Assembly (NCBI GenBank): GCA_002269645.1
Contig: NIVC01002449.1
Location: 108,834-172,833 of the forward strand
From: Macrostomum lignano
Taxonomy: Eukaryota
Direction: 5' to 3'
DNA: 64,000 bases
How positions within the stretch are numbered: the stretch's first letter is position 1; each line of letters starts with the position of its first letter. The translations under genes were made by a program, and so were the position numbers. Shown piece by piece: positions 38,878 to 50,460 of this stretch. The notes under the pieces were generated by a model. The model had not been told where the DNA came from. It saw only the letters and a program-made list of their open reading frames with translations, and made no database searches.

Positions 38878-40194
38878 ATGACCTCCGTGATTTGTGTAAT
38901 CTGTCTAGAAGGCGAGAACACCGAATGGTCGACTCTGCCATGCGGCCACGTGTTTCACAAGGCTTGCCTGGAACAGTGGCTCAACCAGGACGCCTCCTGC
39001 CCGCACTGCAAGCGTCGCCTGCTGCATTCACGAGGCGCCGCTATGCGGATCTACTTTGCCAGCGAGAACGATCGGGAACAGTTACGGCACCAGAGTGAGG
39101 CCGCAACGTCGGTTGATGAAGAACGCGACCAGCTCAGGGAGATGCTGTTCATGGAGTCGCAGGAGAGGCAGGTGGCTCTGAACCAAGCTAACGATAGCGA
39201 GAAAACCATTGCTAAGCTTCGAGACGAAAGGAATCGCGAAGCGCAACAGCTGCATCAGTTCTCAATCGACTACGAGAACCTCCAAATGCTGATGATCAAC
39301 AAGGACGAGCAGATAAAGGAGGCAAAGCGTCTGACTGCTCTGCAACAGAGGGAGAGCCAAGAGCTAATCAGCCAGCTGCAGATTGCTAATCAGTCGCTGA
39401 ACGAGAACTCTGCCCAACTCAACCAAAGACTGCGCTCAGCTGAACAAAAAAACAGCGAACTTCGAGTACAGCTCGACTCGCTTCAAGCAGCTGGAAATTC
39501 TTCTGCATCGAGACTGCAGGCGAAGCAAGAGAATCTGGAACTTCAGGTGGCAGAGCTGCAGTCATCCGTAGAGTTTTACAAGCTCCAGCTGGAGTCGAAG
39601 CAGCGCGACAGACAGATGGAAGCAACTCAGCTCAGGGAAGAATTAGAAAATCTCAAAGCCACCTATTCGCGCCTGCGAACTACGGCTAACGAAGAAATTA
39701 ACGCACTGAAGCAACGTAACGCTTCCGCAGAAGTTACCATCACGGATTCGAATGCCAGGGTTCGTGCTGCAGATGAAAGATTTGAACGATTGGAGCGTGA
39801 GAACACGGCTCTGAGGAATCGTTTGCAGACGCAGGAGCTGCAGATGCAGAGACTGCAAGCTGGCGAAGATCAACCAGCTGGTGCAGTCGGCTGGATCGAG
39901 CCGCCACCGACATACGAGCAACCGGATGTAGTAGCAGCAACTGACGAGGGTCAAGACAACTTCTCTGGCTTTCCCGTATTTACGCGAGTTGAAAACAACT
40001 GGGAGCAGAAGCAACGCCAACCGCAGTCGAGTAGAGCCATTCAGAGAAGTACTCCAAATCTGCAACGAGCCGTTCAAGAAGAGGAGGGTGCAGAACATGT
40101 TTATTACGCCTCACCGACCGATGGTGCCAGAGCTGCAGACCGTGCAGTCAGGAAGGCAAAAGCGAAGAACAGCCGAAAGTGCAGACAAATGTAA
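38878..40194 (+). CDS. TRAIP-like RING-H2 + long coiled-coil E3 ligase, 438 aa, intronless
   Basis: CVIC...PCGHVFHKACLEQWLNQDASCPHC; Q/E/L-rich coiled coil; PPPTY motif; C-terminal KAKAKNSRKCRQM. Confidence 0.88.
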   Translation: MTSVICVICLEGENTEWSTLPCGHVFHKACLEQWLNQDASCPHCKRRLLHSRGAAMRIYFASENDREQLRHQSEAATSVDEERDQLREMLFMESQERQVALNQANDSEKTIAKLRDERNREAQQLHQFSIDYENLQMLMINKDEQIKEAKRLTALQQRESQELISQLQIANQSLNENSAQLNQRLRSAEQKNSELRVQLDSLQAAGNSSASRLQAKQENLELQVAELQSSVEFYKLQLESKQRDRQMEATQLREELENLKATYSRLRTTANEEINALKQRNASAEVTITDSNARVRAADERFERLERENTALRNRLQTQELQMQRLQAGEDQPAGAVGWIEPPPTYEQPDVVAATDEGQDNFSGFPVFTRVENNWEQKQRQPQSSRAIQRSTPNLQRAVQEEEGAEHVYYASPTDGARAADRAVRKAKAKNSRKCRQM

Positions 40195-40774
40195 GGGGGT
40201 ATGGAGCCACGCAATCATCACCTGAAGAAGACCAATCATTTAGTTTAAAAGTAATTGCTTATTTATATAGTTAATAGTGTCCAAACTGTGCATATTTATA
40301 ATTGTTTCTATCGTAAATAATACTGCGAAATAAATAATGCGGTATTTTTATTATACTTGTATAGCCTGTTTAAGATTACAGGTGTGTGAAGACGAATTAT
40401 ATTAACCCTAAACTCCAGAGGCAGGGCAGCTCAGCGTTAAACGCGTCTGACTGTCGCGTCACGACCCCTAGTTAGATTCCGTGCGAGACGATGCGATAAC
40501 CAGCTCGTACGAGTACATGCATTGTAGTTCGGTGAAGATCAAAAAAGCAATATTTGTGTAGCATATGCGCTTTACAAGCAGACTGTGTAAATGTTGACAT
40601 AATGCCAAAGCTCAAAGTGAAACTGCACGAGCCAGGAAATTAATCTTCCATTGAGTAGAAAATATTTTAACGGCAGGAATCCAGGATGCTGGATGAACGT
40701 ATAAAAAGGAATAAACTTTGTTTCACTTGGCTGGCAGAAGTAACTGTTATAAGCAAAGCTTCATCACCCTGAAA

Positions 40775-41509
40775 ATGAGCAAGGATAAAATGTATTGGAT
40801 CATCTTCACAGCACTACAGCTGCTTCCACTACCAGCGCTGTCATGCCCGAGTCCATACCGACTCGAGGCTGGAAAATGTGTGTTCGTGAGCACAGATCAA
40901 ACTCACAGCTGGTGCTCAGCTAACCAACACTGCGAGTCGATCGGAGGCGAGCTCATCAACTCCTACAGCTCCATAAAGCTGCTAGGAGACATGCCCAGTC
41001 TTGACTGCGGCTGCTTTCTCTGGCTCGGCATCTCCGACATGGCTGACGAGAGGACAAAGGACGAATCCGGTTGGGGAATAATTAAGGATCGAGGAATTTT
41101 GCCATCCAACGGTTCTCTATGGCTGCCGGGGGACCCAAACAATAAGGGAGGCGTTCAAGATTGCGTCTCAACGGCAAAACATTCTGCTCAGCTTGTAGAC
41201 CTGCAGTGCTCATCGTCGAGAGGCTTCGCCTGCGAGTTCTCTCCGTCGCAGCCTCTGCCCAGCGCTCCGTGGAAGCGAACTCCGTTCAAGCGCTCGAGCT
41301 ACAATCCCAGCGATGAGTACTGCTTCAACGAGCTGATGCAGGTGAAGACTGCGATGCACTGCGTTGCTGCGGCTATGCGAAAGGGAAACAGCCGACACGT
41401 GCTGTATAACAGAAAGCTTGGAGCCTGCCGCCTGCTGCTGTTCACCGACGCTCAGGTCGAGGAGGAGATCGAGAGGAGTGCCGACTGGGTCAAGTACAGC
41501 CTGTACTAA
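40775..41509 (+). CDS. Secreted C-type lectin-domain protein with a C-terminal PAN/apple-like segment, intronless
   Basis: Hydrophobic leader, then CP..Y....GKCV, WCSANQHC, LWLGISD, W.PGDPNN, QDCV, LVDLQC, FACE. C-terminal HC...YNRKLGACRL. Confidence 0.85.
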   Translation: MSKDKMYWIIFTALQLLPLPALSCPSPYRLEAGKCVFVSTDQTHSWCSANQHCESIGGELINSYSSIKLLGDMPSLDCGCFLWLGISDMADERTKDESGWGIIKDRGILPSNGSLWLPGDPNNKGGVQDCVSTAKHSAQLVDLQCSSSRGFACEFSPSQPLPSAPWKRTPFKRSSYNPSDEYCFNELMQVKTAMHCVAAAMRKGNSRHVLYNRKLGACRLLLFTDAQVEEEIERSADWVKYSLY

Positions 41510-41732
41510 TTCACAGAAGTGTTGATCCACAATCGCACCGGACATTACGCTGTCACTAATGCACTGTCCTTAAGTTTAGCGATCACCCGGCCTTTTGGTC
41601 GCGAAATGAACAATAATTGCAAAGAGTTCAAGTAAATAAATGAAACTGTGCATTGCCAAGTTCCGGAGTGGTATCGTAATATTCCTTTTAAAATTTGTTT
41701 TGTTTACACTATTTTAGTTTAGACTATTTATA

Positions 41733-42635
41733 TAGGATTTTTCATTTGATTTCATAAAATTGTCATTTGATTTCGTCCATAGAAGTTGGCAGCGCGGCCA
41801 TTGAGTCCATGGCAATAAAGTGCGCTGTTTTCCGATTGAATTCATAACTTTGCCACTTCATTTCGACATACTCAGTAGAAAGGCAACAGAAAAGTCGATG
41901 CGCTTGTCCAATACAGAAAGAACTGTTAAAAACAGAAAGCTCTGTATTTAAGTCACATGAGGAAGTAGGCAGTTGCAACAGTGAAATCAGTTATGTCCGC
42001 CAAAGTTAATGCTCGTTCGCTGCAACAAGCTACAAATTTCACATTATCTGCTGCTCATTGATGCACAGGGGCAGAAACCGCATCACATGTCGTTCCCAGG
42101 GCAAGGCACTTCGCGGCGGAAATTTCCTCTAGTGCAACGTAGCCGCAGCGGAAAAGCACCATGAGTCTCCACTGCGTTAGGTTGATGCCATCAGGCGGAT
42201 TGCTAAGTTCCTGTTGAATCTCAGGTGTTGCTAGCTGGCGTTTAAGCGAAGCCTTGAGACAAGCGCTCGTTAAGAAATGGAGAGTACGGTGGCAGAGTTC
42301 GCAGTTGAATACGATTGGCCGCGTTTATACGTTTCCAATGGACGCGTATGCAGCCATTTTTAGGCACACAAAGAAGGTGACTGTTGCCCAAGAAGGACAC
42401 GTTCATATAGGCTTTTCATTTCTATGAGAGGTTTGGCCATAGATATTCACCCACTGATATCCCAGCCCCCTCTGGCAGTGTTGAGTCACTCCGCGCGTCA
42501 AGTCGAAATGATGTGGCAAAGTTATGAATTCAATCGGAAACAGCGCACTTTATTGCCATAGACTCTATGGCCGCGCTGCCAACTTCTATGGACGAAATCA
42601 AATGACAATTTTATGAAATCAAACGAAAAATCCTA
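41733..42635. mobile_element. Non-autonomous DNA transposon/MITE with ~140-bp TIRs and a TA TSD
   Basis: 41733-~41870 is the near-perfect reverse complement of ~42500-42635 (TAGGATTTTTC...); TA on both flanks. Confidence 0.85.
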
Positions 42636-43914
42636 TATTAGTTTTAGTGTCGTCGAACGAAAATTTGACACAACACTAGCTATGTCGTATTAACCGCATG
42701 GGTGTATTTAAGCAAATTAAAATCAATATATATCGATCACGATTTATCCAACCCACCAGTACCTTGAAATAAAAGCAATATATGAGCTCGATTTATTGTA
42801 AGATGGGCCCTAATAGTTTTTTGTAAAAAATCGGTTCCAAAAAACAAGACTCTCGAACACAATCACGGAATGGAATCCATCAAGTATGTGCTCTAAAAAA
42901 GTCCCTGTGACTGCGAACCCCTGTAACCAATTACTCCAGATCCGGTTGTTGATAACTGAGTAAATTTACTCAAAATAATTTTATCGATAGACCTGGATGA
43001 ACTGGCGAGGGTGAGCAGCGGAAATTGCGTCTTTTGTCGATAAAGCAACTTTGATACTATGAAACTTTGTTTATTAGCTTTTGATGCTTGTTCCTGAGAA
43101 ATTTTGGAGTGGAAAAAAGCAATTCACTTCTAAAGGCACTCAGCCAACATCATATCGCATCAGTTTTTTTTAAATGGGTATTTGAACCAACTCTAAAAGC
43201 GACTGACAAACACGGAGCACTAGCAAATATCGCCATTTTTAAAGGCCGCTTTGGTGAAGTTTATTTCTGTATGTTATTGAACCTGCGAGTTTGTATTTTA
43301 AATTCGTTCTTATAAAAAAGTGCAATAATTCATGCAAAATAACCACGTAAGCCATAAAAACATAGCAAAAGCTGACTTGGAGAAAGTTTCCTAAACATAT
43401 TGGCGGGTACGGGCTAAAGGCTAAAACTCCTAAGACTTGGTAAACACGCATAACTGGTTGTAATATATGGGCAATCACTGGAGGCAAGCGCGAGATCCCA
43501 GATCCTTATGCTATCGCAGAACTAGAATGGCGTTATGAAGGGCAAGTAGGAAGAAGCAGCCGATGTTAAATGTCAAAAAAACAAGTACAGTAGAATAGCA
43601 TAGAAAAGGAATGCACATGACCCCTCAGCAACGTGGTCATGCAGTGCATCTGAGCAAATCAAACTTAAAACGATGCTTTTGAACGAGCATTCTACTTTTT
43701 GCCTTGATCTGCACGTTTCTGTCTTCGTTGAAGAGCTCTAAATCAGTCCAGAGGCTCTATTACGCTCGTTCACCAAGCAATACTGCCAATTGCTTGTAGA
43801 TTAGCGCAACAATTATTGCATGTAGATGTTCATAAGCTTAAGCGCATAAGCGCTTATTATGAATCTCCAAGATTAATCGGTTCAGTACGTATTTGAAATC
43901 GCTTTTGATCGTAG

Positions 43915-46590
43915 CTCACATTCACAGGCATGGGTTGGTCCTCACATTCACAGGCATGGGTTGGTCCTCACATTCACAGGCATGGGTTGGTCCTCACATT
44001 CACAGACATGGGTTGGTCCTCACATTCACAGATATGGGTTGGTCCTCACATTCACAGGCATGGGTTGGTCCTCACATTCACAGACATGGGTTGGTCCTCA
44101 CATTCACAGACATGGGTTGGTCCTCACATTCACAGGCATGGGTTGGTCCTCACATTCACAGGCATAGGTTGGTCCTCACATTCACAGGCATGGGTTGGTG
44201 CTCACATTCACAGACATGGGTTGGTCCTCACATTCACAGACATGGGTTGGTCCTCACATTCACAGGCATGGGTTGGTCCTCACATTCACAGACATGGGTT
44301 GGTCCTCACATTCACAGGCATGGGTTGGTCCTCACATTCACAGACATGGGTTGGTCCTCACATTCACAGGCATGGGTTGGTCCTCACATTCACAGATATG
44401 GGTTGGTCCTCACATTCACAGGCATGGGTTGGTCCTCACATTCACAGGCATAGGTTGGTCCTCACATTCACAGACATGGGTTGGTCCTCACATTCACAGA
44501 CATGGGTTGGTCCTCACATTCACAGACATGGGTTGGTCCTCACATTCACAGGCATGGGTTGGTCCTCACATTCACAGACATGGGTTGGTCCTCACATTCA
44601 CAGGCATGGGTTGGTCCTCACATTCACAGGCATGGGTTAGTCCTCACATTCACAGACATGGGTTGGTCCTCACATTCACAGACATGGGTTGGTCCTCACA
44701 TTCACAGACATGGGTTGGTCCTCACATTCACAGGCATGGGTTGGTCCTCACATTCACAGACATGGGTTGGTCCTCACATTCACAGACATGGGTTGGTCCT
44801 CACATTCACAGGCATGGGTTGGTCCTCACATTCACAGATATGGGTTGGTCCTCACATTCACAGGCATGGGTTGGTCCTCACATTCACAGACATGGGTTGG
44901 TCCTCACATTCACAGACATGGGTTGGTCCTCACATTCACAGACATGGGTTGGTCCTCACATTCACAGACATGGGTTGGTCCTCACATTCACAGACATGGG
45001 TTGGTCCTCACATTCACAGGCATGGGTTGGTCCTCACATTCACAGATATGGGTTGGTCCTCACATTCACAGACATGGGTTGGTCCTCACATTCACAGACA
45101 TGGGTTAGTCCTCACATTCACAGGCATGGGTTGGTCCTCACATTCACAGGCATGGGTTGGTCCTCACATTCACAGGCATGGGTTGGTCCTCACATTCACA
45201 GATATGGGTTGGTCCTCACATTCACAGGCATGGGTTGGTCCTCACATTCACAGACATGGGTTGGTCCTCACATTCACAGGCATGGGTTGGTCCTCACATT
45301 CACAGATATGGGTTGGTCCTCACATTCACAGGCATGGGTTGGTCCTCACATTCACAGGCATAGGTTGGTCCTCACATTCACAGACATGGGTTGGTCCTCA
45401 CATTCACAGACATGGGTTGGTCCTCACATTCACAGACATGGGTTGGTCCTCACATTCACAGGCATGGGTTGGTCCTCACATTCACAGACATGGGTTGGTC
45501 CTCACATTCACAGGCATGGGTTGGTCCTCACATTCACAGGCATTGGTTGGTCCTCACATTCACAGACATGGGTTGGTCCTCACATTCACAGACATGGGTT
45601 GGTCCTCACATTCACAGGCATGGGTTGGTCCTCACATTCACAGGCATGGGTTGGTCCTCACATTCACAGACATGGGTTGGTCCTCACATTCACAGACATG
45701 GGTTGGTCCTCACATTCACAGACATGGGTTGGTCCTCACATTCACAGGCATGGGTTGGTCCTCACATTCACAGGCATGGGTTGGTCCTCACATTCACAGA
45801 CATGGGTTGGTCCTCACATTCACAGATATGGGTTGGTCCTCACATTCACAGACATGGGTTGGTCCTCACATTCACAGGCATGGGTTGGTCCTCACATTCA
45901 CAGGCATGGGTTGGTCCTCACATTCACAGGCATGGGTTGGTCCTCACATTCACAGACATGGGTTGGTCCTCACATTCACAGGCATGGGTTGGTCCTCACA
46001 TTCACAGGCATGGGTTGGTCCTCACATTCACAGGCATGGGTTGGTCCTCACATTCACAGGCATGGGTTGGTCCTCACATTCACAGGCATGGGTTGGTCCT
46101 CACATTCACAGACATGGGTTGGTCCTCACATTCACAGGCATGGGTTGGTCCTCACATTCACAGATATGGGTTGGTCCTCACATTCACAGGCATGGGTTGG
46201 TCCTCACATTCACAGATATGGGTTGGTCCTCACATTCACAGATATGGGTTGGTCCTCACATTCACAGGCATGGGTTGGTCCTCACATTCACAGGCATGGG
46301 TTGGTCCTCACATTCACAGACATGGGTTGGTCCTCACATTCACAGATATGGGTTGGTCCTCACATTCACAGGCATGGGTTGGTCCTCACATTCATAGATA
46401 TGGGTTGGTCCTCACATTCACAGATATGGGTTGGTCCTCACATTCACAGACATGGGTTGGTCCTCACATTCACAGGCATGGGTTGGTCCTCACATTCACA
46501 GATATGGGTTGGTCCTCACATTCACAGACATGGGTTGGTCCTCACATTCACAGGCATGGGTTGGTCCTCACATTCACAGACATGGGTTGG
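43915..46590. repeat. 26-bp minisatellite (GGGTTGGTCCTCACATTCACAGRCAT)n, ~100 copies
   Basis: Highly homogeneous, varying mainly at GGC/GAC/GAT. It explains the long repetitive ORFs in all three + frames. Confidence 0.98.
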
Positions 46591-47374
46591 CCAAGTGCAG
46601 GATAAATATTTCGTTTCCATTTGTTTAAACGGCGAGGACTATAGACTAAGGCCTGCTCTTCAGACCAAAATAATAATCAAACTGAAATAACTTCCGCTTG
46701 ACATCCATATACGAGTACTTATCATACATGTTATTCGGCTCTTTTCCGGTCCCCGGTTGTTAACTTTGTCCTTATTTTAAACAAACCGAACCATCAACAA
46801 ACATTCCGATCCAGCTAAATGTTGGGCAGAGCAGAATTATATCTGCCAACCAATAAGCGCAAGTTCAGCTGCGTACATTTGCGAGTTCGGAATTCGTATA
46901 AGGGGGACCGTTACTTGCACAGCCTCCGAAAACTATAAGGTCTTTTTAGACTTTTTGACTACTGCCTTTGTCGTTTATCATTTTAAAACGTAAAGGCTTC
47001 TGGAACAAGTGTCTATACCACCGTCTGGAAATCAGGTTTTCGTAGATTGGCAAACCTTTTGTACGCTCGTACTTTCAGGCGAGTATAATTTTTTTTATTC
47101 ACGTAAACATTTGCCTGCTTGGTGTGTCCTTTTTCGAAAATCGAAATAATCAATTTAGAGAAAAAACTCAATAATACGAGCGAATGAGTGGCTATACCAT
47201 TATTTAACGTTATTTTGTTAGAAACTTTATACTTTCAAAAAACTTTGCAGCAAGCTGTTGCAATGAAATAAGTGAATGCAATTATTTATCGGCCGACACA
47301 TTCATGATGATGTTTGTCTGTCTATTTTTGTGGTGTCTGAAAAGTGCTACTGAGGTACTGTTAGCGGTGCTGTT

Positions 47375-47870
47375 GAGGGTGCTGTCGATGATGCTGTTGA
47401 GGATGCTGTTGAGGGTGCTGTTGAGGGTGCTGTTGAGGGTGCTGCCGATGATGCTGTTGAGGATGCTGTTGAGGGTGCTGTTGAGGGTGCTGTTGAGGGT
47501 GCTGCCGATGATGCTGTTGAGGATGCTGTTGAGGGTGCTGTTGAGGGTGCTGTTGAGGGTGCTGCCGATGATGCTGTTGAGGATGCTGTTGAGGGTGCTG
47601 TTGAGGGTGCTGTTGAGGGTGCTGCCGATGATGCTGTTGAGGATGCTGTTGAGGGTGCTGTTGAGGGTGATGTTGAGGGTCCTGTTGAGGGTGCTGCCGA
47701 TGATGCTGTTGAGGATGCTGTTGAGGGTGCTGTTGAGGGTGCTGTCGATGATGCTGTTGAGGATGCTGTTGAGGGTGCTGTTGAGGGTGCTGTTGAGGGT
47801 GCTGCCGATGATGCTGTTGAGGATGCTGTTGAGGGTGTTGTTGAGGATGCTGGTGAAGGTGCTGTTGAGT
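47375..47870. repeat. 12-bp (GTGCTGTTGAGG) repeat with a 60-bp higher-order unit
   Basis: Lines 47401-47640 repeat exactly every 60 bp. Confidence 0.95.
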
Positions 47871-47999
47871 GCTTATCCTAAAGGCAAAGACTGGTTTTTT
47901 TGGAATTTCGGAAATCTTTTAAGATACTAATACATTGGAGTTATTATTCATTTTGTCTATTTATATTTCAGATTAGACAAGTCCTCAAATCAGTGTACA

Positions 48000-49692
48000 A
48001 TGCGATCTGCTCTGAGGGAGGTGACCGCATCGAGCCCAGCCCACGGCATCAGCAGGGCAGCCGACTCCAAGGAGAAGCCGGTACGGGTGATGTGGATCCT
48101 GCTCTTTCTAGTCTTCTTGGCCATGTTTCTAAACGGAGGCGTCAGTCTATTGCTGAAGCTGTGGGGAGGCAAGCTGACGAAGGACTTCCACCTGGATCAG
48201 GCGTCGTTTGTGTTCCCAGATCTCTACAATTCTGTCCCAGCAATACGTACTCTGGCAGCTATCCGTTCACCCTTACAAAAGACGAGGCCCAATAACTAAT
48301 TCTAAATTAAGAGAGATAGAATTTGATTACGTAAAGAAGATGGGTATTCCAAATGAAAAATTTAACGCTTTTAAGAAGGCAAAGCAGGTGCAATCGGCGC
48401 TGCCATTTCATTTGTACCAAAAGTATCGATTGCACAGGAAAGATGAATCTGTACTAAGAGCATCGGTTGTCAGTGATAATATCACTTTGTCGAGCTCGAA
48501 CCGTTTTACACTCCCGAAGACCTACTCTGCTACAAGGCAGACCTTACCGATGAGCACAAATGAGCACAAAAATGGGCTCTTGAACCTGAATAGCATTTTA
48601 GAGATCTGGCTATCTACCGATCCATATTTTTCGGATTTCAACTTCACTGGAGAGCCGGTACAGCCTTTCACAGATACAAATGGCAACTCAATACCGTTTC
48701 TGATGTGGCATTTCTTATGTGGATGTGATGTGACAGTATAAAGACTTCCAGCTACACAATGATAATCAAACCCTTGGGAGTGTATTCGTGTCAGCGATTT
48801 GAGAATAATTTTGAACTGTCTCCGGGCAATGCGTACCGAGTGAAGCTGCAGATGGAAGAGCACATCTGCAGTGAACAGTTTTACTCGAAATACTGCGTCA
48901 ACAACCACCCGCCAGTAGAGTTTGCTAACCCGATGACAGGCGAGTACGAACTCTTCAACTACAGCAGCGCCGTCTGCCACTATTTAAGCGTGAACGAAGT
49001 ATTTGTTAAAACGTTCAGCTGTCAGGTCTCTGGGTCGCCATCTCCGGGGAGATTTCCCGGCGTGCCGCACTGTCAAAATATCTCAGAAAAGTCCAGCTCA
49101 TTCACGGAAGGTTATAATGATGTAAAAGCAGTTGCAAAAATCGACAAAAATGCAACCGAGTATTGCAAGTACAGAATTCCGAGTTCGTTCCTAATGTACT
49201 CTGCAATCTATTCATTTGGCAAGTGGCCAAGCATTGGAAGCTCTACAGACAAGTTTTTTTGAGTCGTTCAGCGCCGCGGCTGTTAAGAGAAGACCCGCCA
49301 GAGCCAAGCTTGTCAACATTGCAAAGCAGATTCAAGGCCGAAATCATTCGACTCATCTAGAGAGCCTATTCAGATCCTACATATCTGAGTCACTTCTCGG
49401 AATTCGAATCTCAACTGCGTCTATATTTTCGCCTCAAACCGTGCTCACCTGGTCCTACATGTTCACTGACTTTCTAGCGGACACTGTCGGAATCCTAGGC
49501 TTGTACATCGGGTGCAGTTTGCTCACTCTGTGCGAGCTGCTCGAGCTGGTGTACGTTCTGGTCAAGTATGCGATCCAACGGAAGACTAATAAAAATAGTG
49601 CCACTAGTGGCGAACCTGGAGAGGGTGATGGGGCCGAAGACAAGGATGCTGAAGTTCGAAAACAGGAATTAGAGCTTAAAGCTGATGTGTAG
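48000..49692 (+). pseudogene. DEG/ENaC-family channel paralog 1, intronless, with ~4 frameshifts/stops (pseudogene or assembly errors)
   Basis: SSPAHGISR (HG motif), TM1 VMWILLFLVFLAM, FPDLY/FCPSN, Cys-rich ectodomain, KWPS, TM2 FLADTVGILGLYIGCSLLTLCELLE with the GxS filter. Frame switches at ~48232, ~48292, ~48700-48730 and ~49255-49260. Confidence 0.85.
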
Positions 49693-49786
49693 TTATTTTA
49701 GTAAGCTCACGACGCACAGACTATTTTTATTATTTATTTTTTTTTCATTAAATCTCCACTATCTAGGCTAACCCCCCCCCCCGAAG

Positions 49787-50150
49787 GGGGTCCGTACTCC
49801 GTAGCCCAGCGGCCTAGCGCATCTGCTCTGGTGTGCAAGCGACCCAGGCTCGATTCCAAGTGCAGTCACATTAATTTGGGGCTGAATTGGAATCTCGGCT
49901 TGGCTCTGCTCGTGCAATTAACGGCCTTGACAGCCAACCCCCCAAGGCGCAGTGAAGTGTACATGCCTAACGATAATGTAAAGTTAGGGCCGCTGTACAC
50001 TCCTGTGTGAGTGTGTGCCTGCGTACGTATCCGCGCGCTTGTATGCCTGCTCAGGGGAGTCGGCGGAATGGGCAGTAATGCCTCTCGCCGGTTGTGTGCC
50101 TATGTCGCTTAAAGTGTACCAGGGTGCACACAGCCCCCCTGCCTCTAATA
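49787..50150 (+). mobile_element. tRNA-derived SINE (family B)
   Basis: A box GTAGCCCAGCGGCCTAGCG, B box GGCTCGATTCC; homologous to 33040-33402 and, partially, 57360-57470. Confidence 0.75.
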
Positions 50151-50164
50151 ACCCCCCCCCCCAA

Positions 50165-50460
50165 GGGAGCCTCGGTTAGAGCGTCGGACTCACGACTTGA
50201 AGGTCGGGGGTTCGATTACCGGATCACACTTGAAACAATGTGTCCTTGAGCAAGATACTTAATTCTGCATTGCTTCAGTTCACCCAGCTGTAAAATGGGT
50301 GCCAGCATTAGCTGGGGTAATTGAGGGTTTGTGTGGCGACCCCCAGTCCTTAGATTGAACAGCCGTACGCAGCCTTCAGATGCGCCGCCCAATAGCTGCG
50401 GCTGAGCTGTCGGTTGCACATCTGGCCCAATAGGGGCAAATATTATTATTATTATTAATT
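50165..50460 (+). mobile_element. CORE-like tRNA SINE (family A) with a (TAT)n tail
   Basis: Homologous to the copies at 27449 and 37448; lies directly after the family B SINE. Confidence 0.8.

Noticed and set aside
43893-46690. ORFs up to 831 aa (MGWSSHSQAWVGPHIHRHGLVLTFT repeats)
   Set aside because: Product of a stop-free 26-bp tandem repeat; no unique coding sequence.
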